Below are positions 13,333 through 23,847 of a stretch of 64,000 bases of DNA, in pieces. A program made the position numbers and the translations under genes. This DNA comes from Eutreptiella sp. 'Long Island Sound 2002' (Eukaryota; Protista; Euglenida): positions 59,830,001 to 59,894,000 of the forward strand of contig OZ038378.1 in the NCBI GenBank assembly GCA_964036045.1. Reading direction: 5' to 3'. Within the stretch, counting starts at the first letter, position 1. Each line of letters begins with the position of its first letter. Under the pieces are notes generated by a model, which saw nothing but the letters and a program-made list of their open reading frames with translations, made no database searches and had not been told where the DNA came from.

Positions 13333-14321
13333 CTCTTCGAATGCCGGAATCAAAATGTTATGCCCTGCATGTGTCCCCATGTTTGTGAATGTTGGGTGCC
13401 TTGGCCTCTAGTGTTGCCCTGTTCAATTTGCAGCCACCTCGAGCGAGTGAAGCAAGCGACAAGCCCCTCAAGTGGGGAAGGAAGGCCCAACGATGGCATA
13501 GATGCATTCTTGGAGGCATGTACCAGCACACATGGGGGCGTGTACCCACATACATAGGGATACATGTGCGTACATAGGGGCTATGTGTGCAGGAAACGTA
13601 TGTCAACAACATGTGCCACTTGCAACCTATAGTAGTGAAAAACCTAAATAGGCCAACTTGTTGCACCTGCATAGCCTCCGTCTCAACTTCCTAAAAAAGT
13701 GTTTTCATCGCGTTCAGCACGCACAAAGTAGGCGGAGGGTGGTAGGTGATGGGACCAGGGGCCCATGTGTGTCAAAATTCGAATCCAGCCACCAAAATCG
13801 TATATGCCATATATTTACTTACAAAAAATATTTATGTATTTACTCTACTTTTATGGCACACACCCATCCCTTCAGGAGTTCTGGTGGGCAAGCAAGGACA
13901 ACTCCACCCTCCCTATTTTAAGGGTGGGGAAACCGAAAAAAATTTAGGAAGTTTTTTGGGATGGTTGGGGTGAGGTATTGGGGCACACATAAAGGTACGT
14001 CAGGTGAAAACTAGGGTATGACATCGCTAAAAATTAGTTCTTAACCATTCAACCGGAAACTGGGAAGGATGTCATTGGCACAAAAATGCCAAGGAGGGGT
14101 GTAGGCGGGCGTTGTTCATAGCGAGCCCTCATTGTCTGAAATTCGCTTGAAACCTTTTTTTTCCACTGTTGTTAACCTCAAAAGACAATACGGCCGAGGG
14201 GTCCCCTATCCCATCCCAAAGCTGAATAGGGGGGAGAGGTCCCTATCACATCCCAAAGCCCAACCAGTGATGAGGGTGGGAGGGTGTGGTTGGGCGTTGG
14301 GCCACATATGAACATATTATC

Positions 14322-14700
14322 GCACCCCTCCCCCCTCAAACCTAGCTAGCAACTGCTACAACAAGCAACAAGCAACAACAAGTACGTCTCCTTTCTGTTT
14401 TGACCATTACTCCGTCCCAATGCTCCACGGTCCACTCGACTCTAGCCATCCTTTGCATTGGCACGTGCCTTTCCAAGACTAGAGTTTGAGCCCCGAATTC
14501 ACCGGTGGGGGCCTAGAGCGTAGGCACCAAGTTGGGAGGCGCCTTCCCAAATCTGCTGTCTGTGGCTAACCTGTGTGGATTCTGGGGCTTTTTGGCCCCT
14601 TTTGGGGCCTTTTTCGGATATGTTGTTCAGTTAGACCACATCAAGGGGCTCTTTGACACGGGGAAGTCAAGCCGCATGTGGAGTGAGTGTACCATCGATT
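14322..14700 (+). mobile_element. Old, truncated copy of the (TA)n-associated element family found at 46353-51250
   Basis: gcacccctccccctcaaacctagctagcaac...caagcaacaagcaacaac...gaccattactccgtcccaatgctc...ggcaccaagttgggaggcgccttcccaaatctg parallels 46358-46760. Confidence 0.75.
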
Positions 14701-15949
14701 TCATTTTGTGTGAACGTTATGAACGGGTTCTAGGGACATTTTCAGCAAAAAAAAAACAGCCGTTTTTGTCTGTCTTTTGGCGCAGTAGATGTGCTGGGTG
14801 GGGCAGTGTGCATGTGGGTGGGACAGTTTGTGCTGTCGGAGGTACCATGTTTGGCGCTGATTGTGATGCAGCTTGCTGTCAGGTTGAGCGAGCCCAGCGA
14901 GCAAGGAGGCCTCTCGAGCGAGCAAATCGAGCGACCAAGCCTGAGGCAGTAGTGCACGTAGGGATGCATGTATGGGTGTGGGCGCTGTGGGGGGATTCAA
15001 CGGCAAAATGTGCAGAAACCCTATGCACCACCGATGGATACCACTTGGTGATCTGGCACCTTCCGGTCCTGTGTTATATTTTTGATGTCAGTGGTAGTGG
15101 ACACCCTCAAAATTTCACTGCGGTGGGAACGCCGTTGTACGAAGCATGCTGGCACCAGCATGGGAGGGACCCCAAGTGGCAACCTGTGCTTTGCTCTCAT
15201 TCTAAGCCCCTGCAGTACACGGGTTGTCTCAAGTGTCTGCTTCCCACATCGGGGTTGCCATAAAGGCAGAGTAAGTGTGTACATCTGGGGGTATTGGCCT
15301 GAATTTTCAGAGGACTGTGCCCTCCGCTCATCCACTTCCCACTTCTGCACTGTTCAATGCTTTTTCATCGCTATGATAACACCTCTAATGTTTCAGGGCT
15401 GGGACACGCACCTTCTAAATGACTTCATTCAGTGCTGTTGCAAGGGCAAACGGTTCAACCAAACCAAAGAGGTGTGTTGCTGTGTTTATACCCAACCACA
15501 GCCCCACATGTTTGCATCCCTAAAGAACAAAGACCATGCAGTCCTTGTTCATCTTTTTTCAGAAGCAGGAGTTGTGAGCAAGAGGACCAACTGTCCCACC
15601 CTCACCTACTGAGAATTGTTTTCCCCAATGACTTGGGACCATTAATGTGGGCCGTTTCCACGAGACCCCTGTTCCTACATCCTTCTGTAGAACCATCTCA
15701 TCTTCACACTACGCGCACTGCAGCATCCCATGGCCTGGCATTGGCACTCTCGGCCTACCCATTGGTTTCTTGCAAACCTTTCCTCTCTTTTTTTGGTTCA
15801 CCGCATATTCCTCTGTTCTATTCTGTTTCCAATTACGATTCATGCTGTCCCCTTTCAGTGACCTCAATACCTGACTCCTCAAGGCCACCTCGCGCACTTG
15901 TTCATCCTCTCTTCCTCCCACTGTACAATGGTGCACGATATGTCTGTAC

Positions 15950-17640
15950 ACCAATAAATCTCACAGGCAAAGATCCAGTGGTTGTGATCTGTTCTATGCA
16001 CAGGCAGTCTACTCTCCTCCGCTTACCAATCAACCGAAACATGGTCCACACATCGAGGGTGAGCACATCAGCTTTGCTTCAACTTTTGGCACACAGAGAG
16101 TTCAACCACAAGGCGCCTCTGCAACACTCTTTGTGGTCTAAGGTGGGCAAGGATTTTCTGGTGGCAAAGCACCAGGAGTGGCAAGTAAGTGCAGAAGTGG
16201 GAGAAATTCAGAACTCGCCCTGGGGGCTTGGCTTGTTGATGGATGATGCCTTGTAGTGTTCAGTTGAATTCCGAAAAAATTTGCGCAAAAGAAACAGCAT
16301 TTTGTAGCCGGTTGTGGCCCCTGCAAATGGAGGTGGTGGGGCAAAAATGCTTGTGTTTGCTAGTTTCGGCTTTTAGACAGGTGCATATGTTGGTGCCCGA
16401 TGCACCAGAACCAATTCGCATGATGAAAAGACACCTTTGCTCACTTTCAGCACCTTATTGGCCCGCTTGCCAGCCTCAGTGGCCTTTCTTAGGGGCCCAA
16501 AATAGCCTACAAAGGCATTCAAAATGATCTCAAATGCCCAAAATTTGCACATCCGGGTACTTGGGACGGATTGGAACACCATGCATTGCCGCCTCCACAC
16601 TCTAGGGACAAGATGAAAAGCAATATTGGTAGGCCAGTTGCACATTGCATAATTCTTTCAATAGGCATGGTAATTGAGAGTGGTGCATTGTGCACATGCT
16701 TTGGTGTGGAATGAGGCAAAATGATTTTTGCTAAAGTGATCAGGTACCACCTAGGATGATAGTTTGCCTTTTTTTTCAGGCAATGCTGGCCAGGTTATGT
16801 CCATGGATGTTACCAAAGTACTTTGAAGAATGGATCAAGAGTCATATTTTTCTGACGGTGATGCTAGACGTGTGCACAAAGCAAAACTGAATTTTTTTCA
16901 AAACTGATTGCAAACCACCCAGGATGGCAAAACCTTTGAGTTGGTCCACGACCATTTTCTGTGCTGGATGGGACTCACTCAACCAGCATTGGGTGTGGTA
17001 TGAGCACCATTTGCATCATGCCCTCACCGAGTACGTTGAGCAGCGGAATGGTTGGTTTGTGGGTTTGACACCACCAAGCATTCCTAGTGCAACTCAGCCG
17101 GAACCCCGGCCAAAACGGCCAAACTAGTGGCTGATGGCAAGGTTTGTGGTTTCCTAGAGTCGTTGAAGAGAGTTGTACTAGAGACAGGCAGGTTCTGGAA
17201 TGTTGAGGACAATGCATTTGATGGTCGTGCTCCTGACCCTCAACCGTGGATGTGACCAGAGGCACAAGCCATCCATGTTCACCATTTTTTCTAGAACAAT
17301 GGGCATTGTCTTCTTGTCTGGCAAGGAACTCCTTCCTCGAAGCGTGGTCGCTTCGGGGAGGTCAATCGCGCTTATAAGGCCGTGACGGCCGAACGTGTTC
17401 GCCAATGGAAAGACATAGGCAAAAATTGAGTGTAGCGACCATGTACCTTTGCCCACGCTTGCAGATTTCATTCGTGTTCGCCTCACTAGTGCCTCACATT
17501 GCACGTGTGGTACGTTCCAAGTTATAGGTGTTTGTGAGCAGATCCTATTGTGGTTAATCCTTACGTTGCCCCAATTCCAAGTCCCGCTTATATATTCCTG
17601 GCGATATCTGGTTTCAAGACTTTAGAAAATTTTCAACGTT
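15950..17640 (+). pseudogene. Degenerate Mutator (MULE)-like transposase with C-terminal SWIM zinc finger
   Basis: A long protein-like frame (16677-17300) is broken mainly by TGA/TAG stops and contains VVHCAHA (CxxH-like) and WLVCGFDTTKHS*CNS. A clear SWIM pattern CTCGTFQVIGVCEQIL lies at 17500-17547, with the final His replaced by Gln. Confidence 0.55.
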
Positions 17641-17649
17641 AGACGAGGC

Positions 17650-19225
17650 GTGATGGAGCGGGGTGACACTTGGGATGAAAGGGATCCGAGGGGCCGAGCT
17701 ACAGCCAAGGGAAAGGGAAGTGCCTTGCTCTTGGACGGCAATGACAGTGACTCTGATAGTCTGTCTCAAGGGATTGCCACTGCAACTCCTGCGGAGGGCC
17801 ACAGCCATACCAAGTCGCAGGATGTGTACCACGAGTGGCGTAGTGGGCAAAAAAGTGGCATGTGTGTGCCCTCATCCACCCACCCTACACTTGTGCCCAA
17901 TGCAAGTGCAAGCGGTACTTGTGGTGCACACACAGTTTGGAGTGCGCTTTTTGTTTGATTACCATTGATGGTCCTGCGAGGGGCGGGGTTACTCGCGACA
18001 CAGATCGATAGGTTCATCTTCCTTCTGATCAAGAGCCTACTACGCCTTCCATTGTGGCCCATGACAATGGGAGCAACACAGCTGCGGTGGTGCAAACCCC
18101 TCCTCGACCCAAAAAGCAGCGCAAGGTCCGCTCCCGGGCTGACACGTCTATGCCCCCGACCACCCGCACCACGCGTTCTGGGCGTCGCAACAAGCCCCCT
18201 CCTCCAACGGATGGTGGGTATCTTTTTGAAGGAGACTCAACCCTTGAGAAGACTTACACCAAGAATGATCCCACCCCACGACGCGATCTTGAAGGCACGG
18301 GCATCGAAGCTTGGATGGATGATTGCCACGCTTCTGCCTACCAAGAAGTTGTGTGGTGCATGGGAGAGGTGCCCGAGTCAAGGGCTTGTTCACAAGCTTT
18401 GGATTGGTGTGATGTCCTCAGGCAGCAGATGGACAAGTGTGATCACTCGATGTCACGCGAACCCCATAGGTCGCAACGTTCCCTTTTTTTTGTACCACTA
18501 GTGGTTGTTCTTCCGGGGTCCATTGTTTTGTTTTGGGGGCAGTTGTCCATCCCACCATGCATGTGTTTTTGTGGAATGCCAAGGGAAGTTAGCTCTACAC
18601 CCGTCCCCTTATTCCGCATCTTCAGGACCAAGACTAACCACCAAGGCTTTGGGTTTCCAAAACCATGATGGTTGGATTTGTGGTTATCAGTCACTTTTTG
18701 CGGCAGTTATTGCTGACGGACCCCAGTACTGATTGGGGCATGTTCACTCCCGAACGCATGCCATCGACCTTGGTGACGCATGTACAAGACATTGTGAATG
18801 GCGCTCCCCGGGTGCCATGCCCCTTTTTTCACCTCCTCCCTCCCCCTTTTCATAACAACTATAACCTCTTGTACACTGCGTTTTTAGGTGCAGTGTATCC
18901 AAACTTTGTTGGTTCTTCCTCAACCCCTTCCTTGCCTAATCCCTCTGCTCAAACCCGATAGACCCTAACGTAACAACTAATGTGTTTTGCACCTGCTACT
19001 TGCGGTGTATCCAATGTCCACCAATTGGTCTCCCCTCCCATCCCTGTTATCATCCATGTGCGCCACGGCTCCATTGCCTTGCCCATGCTGGGAGTACCCA
19101 AAATGTCCGTGGGGGTGTGCTTGCCTCACTTCCCCTCTCCAAGTAGCAATGGCCGTTGAAGAAGTGGAGGAAGTGGAGGAAGAAGAGGAGGAGGAGAATG
19201 AATTGTGTCGCATCTGCAACTAGGT
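17650..19225 (+). pseudogene. Fragmented coding-like sequence of unknown function, possibly a further part of the MULE-like element
   Basis: Protein-like ORFs at 17650-17958, 18054-18668 (DCHASAYQEVVWC...WCDVLRQQMDKCDH), 18665-18961 and an acidic tail ending at 19223. No continuous gene model could be built. Confidence 0.25.
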
Positions 19226-19899
19226 ATTTATTGTTGGCCGTTTCATTGGTCTAGGTGGGCATTGGTGGAATTCAGTTGTTCTGTCATTCATTTAAAAAGG
19301 GAGGGTCACTGTGTACCCTTCGTCAAGCAGCCGTTTGAATGGGAGATTCGCGGAGGTGCGAATTTGGCAACTTTTTGCTGTGTTTTGCGCGTGACTTGGT
19401 GTCATTGTGTGCGTTTCTTGTGCTATCTTCGCCAAAATGGTGCTACAATAAATGTGACCAAATTTAAGGTTTTAACTAGCCGCCTGTTTCTACATATTGG
19501 GTGTTGTTCCGTCGAACCCGGTGCGAATTCACCTAACTTCACACAAGATACGCTCACGTTGAATGTCACACTGAGGGTGTGGTATGCCCACTCTACTTGT
19601 AGTTGCTTTGTTTTAGACTATTGGGTGATTTTTGTTCGAAATTTTACACGCATAGGCACATTGGCATGTATGGCAAAAAGCACATTTCCGGCAAAAAGAA
19701 AGAGAGAAACATATGCATGTGTTGCACACTCATTCAAAATGCATGCCAACCACCATCTACACAGCTCTCATGCACGTGGTACTTGTTCAAGCGTGCACCG
19801 TCGCCACGATAACAGGCAGTGGAAATTCGCATCGCTGACGTAGTGCTGTTTGTCGCGTGGAGGGATAGTCAGCCACAATTTCCTGTGATCTTCAACCTT

Positions 19900-20637
19900 A
19901 ATTGTGCTTCGACCCTCAATTGTGCTATTGGCCAACTCTCCAATCATGCTCCCTGACTTCTCCTCCTAGTATAGAGCTGCTAGGAGGGCACTACGCTTGG
20001 AGGTCCAAGTTAGGGTCGCCATTGTTGTGGCATACAAATAGTAGTATTTCCGGTGTACCTTGTGTTTGTGTTGCATGTGTGTGCTACACATGCCACCTTG
20101 CATGCGTGTTGGACTACATGTGCGCACATGTTCGTGGTTTTGGTTTATTTGGATGGAATGTGGTCCGGATGCTGCATATGGGATCCAACAACCTTTTTGA
20201 CCAATCATTTTGCATCCATTTTTATTGTGCAGTACATATACTAGGGGATGTATTTTGCCTTTTGTTACATGAATTTCAACTTCCCATTGCAATTTCCAAT
20301 TTTTGTGCCTGTGTGAAGTGCTTTGTACGAATTGCCGGCACGTTTCATTTACGAAGAACACTATTTGTTATTGCATTTTGCATGCATGCACGCACCTGTA
20401 GGTGTACCTCCGCATCTCAATGCGGTTCCCGTGCTCATTCACCGAATGCAACCTTTTTCACTTTTCCTTATCACGTGAGTATGTTTGCACTCCCCTCGAA
20501 GTGCCCTTCTGCCCGTATGGCGTGTCAATAGGAAGTAGAGCAGTATGCTTCCCCGTTTAACGGCGTGCTGCTGGTCCAACATGGCTACACCAACATCCAA
20601 CCGCATTGAAGCGGCACCGTACCACCGCCCAAAACTA
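19900..20637 (-). pseudogene. Probable continuation of the Helitron RepHel remnant downstream of the nested transposon
   Basis: Removing 20638-27204 plus one TSD joins ...KACVHTS (27205 side) in frame to FGRWYGAASMRL... (20637 side). Weak Helitron-like motifs follow (ALRGE...VIRK, KIHPL). Confidence 0.4.
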
Positions 20638-20661
20638 CTTAGGCCACGCAAACTGCCCACC
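20638..20661 (+). repeat. Left terminal inverted repeat (24 bp)
   Basis: Perfect inverse of 27181-27204. Confidence 0.95.
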
Positions 20662-20835
20662 CCCGTGGCACACTTTTGCCCGGTTCTATACCCAAAAAGA
20701 GCAGTGTAAAAAACTCCCCTTTTTTGAACGTGTATTTTCGCGGCCGATGAAGTTAGGGGTTCAAAACACCCTTTCTACACTACTACTTCATGATGATTGA
20801 AAATGCCGATCTCAAAAGTATGTTTCCCATGATTG

Positions 20836-21195
20836 CAGCTGGGGCTAGCACCTTCCTTGACGAAAAGTACTTGTGGGATGTCCCGCAATTACATCTGTTG
20901 GTGATATTCAATCGTGCACATGTTGGTTACTATAGTCACCGCGTATTGGACATGTCTTGTTACTTTGTATCTTTGGTATCAAGTTTATCATTGAAGCAGC
21001 CGGGGCCAGCACCTTTGCAAGCAATTTCACCTTTCCTTGGTTCTCTTTGGCAGAAAGCTGCGGGTGCCAGCACCTGCTGACTCAAATGGTCTTCTCGAAT
21101 CCCCCTTTGGCTCAAAGTAGCTGGTGCCAGCACCTTTCAATGCAATCGAGTCTCTGAGATGATGTCCCGGACTATTAGTGCTGGCACCAGCACCA
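20836..21195 (+). repeat. Left subterminal array of GC(T/C/G)GG(G/T)GCCAGCACC motifs, four copies at ~60-bp spacing
   Basis: Copies lie at ~20838, ~20999, ~21060, ~21120 and ~21180. Inverse copies lie near the right end at ~26848, ~26908 and ~27125. Confidence 0.8.
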
Positions 21196-21274
21196 ACTCC
21201 ATTGAGCAACCTGGTTAGTACCATTCCCATATCCATTCCACCGATGTTTATCTTCATAAGGTACGTGCATCTCA

Positions 21275-23383
21275 TTGAAGGATAGGGAGTGTGCTGTGTT
21301 TTGCCACCATGTGCATCGTGTCTTTTACTTGCATCACCAGACTTTTGTAATGAAATTTTCCTACTCCGTTGTTCGGCATCTACTACGTACCGGACATTAT
21401 TCAAATGGGTCTACTTTATTACGTGATGCCCATGCTGGCGAGCCTGGGGTTCTGATGTTAGTGCACCTATTGGCACAGGTCCGCTGCAACCGTCGTACTC
21501 GTAAGACTGTACCTCAAATTGTTGTTGCAAGTAAGCAAAATAGGAAGCCTCGTTGGTTGTCCGTTTTCACGAAACAGTTATATATGCTATGGTCTGTCCT
21601 GCACAAGGCTGCACGTCCAACTAGTAAGGTATCACGGAAAGACACACTTACAGGTCAACCTTTGACGCAGGGTGTTCGCCGTGTTTTAGCAAACTGTGGT
21701 GTTGTTACCAATCGCCCTGTACCACTAACTGCCAAGGCTACCTCGGCTGCACAACAACTGTGGTCGTCCATGTCAAACCACCAAATGGCTATGTGGTTTG
21801 ATAACTGGTGGTGGAAGAGGTCTACTACTGACCCAGAGCATCCCAATCCCAGCATGAACCTGACAGTGTTTGCAATGTTGCACACTACAGACCTATGTCC
21901 CTTCCCTGGGCATCCGTCTTTGGTAACCGTGTTGGGACAGCTGGACTCAGCTGTGCATTCCACTGCTACTGCACTTTGCTCCTTGAACGATGTTACACGG
22001 GTTTCGCTTGATGCGGAGCCTGAGTTTATTCGTGTTCCCCTCGATATTAAACGGGACAACGTTAGGTCACTACAATTCCGGCCACTGTTGTTGACCGATT
22101 TGACTACCGGTGGGATCCTTGATTTGCTACACATTCTACAAGAGATCCAGGACATACAGCGGCACACCCGGCGCCCCATGCCCCTAATAATTGATATGAA
22201 AATACATTTTTATTTACTGCGTTTTTTGTACGGGGAGTGTATATGTGCAGTACAATTTCCATGAGCATCTGTCCCTGTTGCCTTGTATGTACGGTGCGTG
22301 GCACCCTTACAAACACACTGCCCTTGAGGTATACAAGGCCTTCTTTCCTATCTTTGCTGCCTTGGAAAACTGTAATTTGCAAGTTGGTGCCATGGTGTAC
22401 CACCACCGTAAGCTGCTCCACATTGAGAAAGTGGTAGCAGCACTACTACTTGTAGGTAACTCTGTTCGTGTACGTATTCAGGCACTGGTCAGGCAGCCCA
22501 CACAGTTTTGCAATGGAGCCTGTTGCTACATCTGTTTCTTACTGGCGATTGGGACGCCAAAACAGAATACGTTCGCAGTTTGAGTGTCACACTTGCAGTG
22601 TGGCAGGAGTGGATGAGTAATACCCTAGGTTGTCTCTTTGCTGAAGAGATTGGTGAGGCCCTGTTGTCCCGGCTCTCCGCCCGGGTCAAGCTCCATCCAA
22701 CTGCATTATCGCAACCCGCTCTAACGGACTTGTTCCTCAGCATGCCACACCCGCGCATGGGCACCAAAACCCTTCGCGGCAAGCTACGCACTGGTCTGTG
22801 CGATCTTTTTCGAGCACGCCTCCGTCGCTTTATCGCCTGGTGTACCAGTCCCTAGCTTTTGTTTGCCCCATTTACTACAGCTAAAACCACTGCTTTTGTT
22901 GGCCTTCTACCTGAAGGACACACGTTTCCCAAGCCCATCCCTGATTCTGTTAATGAGGCTGCTCTGGGAAAGGTTTTTCGCAGGAGTGTGCTGTTATTAT
23001 TATCCAACCGGTCCCCTCCGGAAGGTGTTACTGAGTACTTGGATCAATGCAATTTTAGGAGAGACCCTGCAGAGGTTGCACAGCTCACTAGCCTAATGGA
23101 ACGGTTCCGCACACGGAACAGGCGCGGGAAAGGGGGGGGGAAGGGCAAGGGTAAGGGTGCCCGTGATGCTGATGATGCTGATGCACCAGATCGGTTTGTG
23201 GGGGTGGAGGATGACCACATATCCGTGTCCAGTGCTGATTCCCTTGGCTCCCTGGGGCATCTGGTAGTTGATGTGGATACCATGAGTGATGCCCCCCCCC
23301 GCCCCTTTGTTTTGTTTCAAGAGGAAGACGAATTCAGTTTGCCTCCCAGTGACGAGGAGGAGGGGGCAGTGTTCCAAGAATAA
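21275..23383 (+). pseudogene. DDE transposase, Academ/DUF6589-like, with two frameshifts and one in-frame stop
   Basis: ORFs 21275-22264, 22245-22583, 22508-22855 and 22859-23383 link through 1-nt shifts near 22235 (gggg) and 22500 (ccc) and a TAG at 22853. Motifs: MWFDNW (D 21800), PLIIDMK (D 22193), YGAWHPYKH (H 22302), AEEIGEALLS (E 22643-22657), and an acidic tail. The gene lies inside TIRs. Confidence 0.7.
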
Positions 23384-23847
23384 CCCCCCGCCCCCCTGCC
23401 TAACTATAGGGTAGGGTTACGCTTGTCTGCATGAGTAGCTGGTGCCAGCATTCCCTCCTATTGTTCCTGCCTTCCTCGCTGCACATTGCACACACACCGT
23501 TGTCTGTTGTCTGTCGCACTGTTTTCTGTTCGGTCTGTTTGGTCTGGATGCAATGGAATCAAAGTCTGGCACGTGTACTGACCAGTCACGGAAACATGAT
23601 CATTTGAGACGGCCGTCTCCTTCCAGGGCTTTGGAACAAGTGCGCAATTTACCAGTGCCATGTCAGTAGTAGCGAAGCGGATGCCGCTGTCGGGGATTAA
23701 TTGACTGCGATGTGCGCTGCCCTTCGTATGGACAGAGCCACTGACATACCGCTCAATTTGCGCCATTTTCTTCTGAAACTGCTGTTCCATTACCGATTTC
23801 TGTCGATTTGCCACACCATTTCCCTTCAAATGAGACTCTTCATCATA

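Noticed and set aside
20995-21200. CRISPR-like array (short palindromic repeat with ~40-bp spacers at 60-bp period)
   Set aside because: There are only four degenerate repeats, no cas genes and a eukaryotic context. The motif recurs inverted at the other end of a TIR element, so it is better explained as subterminal transposon repeats.
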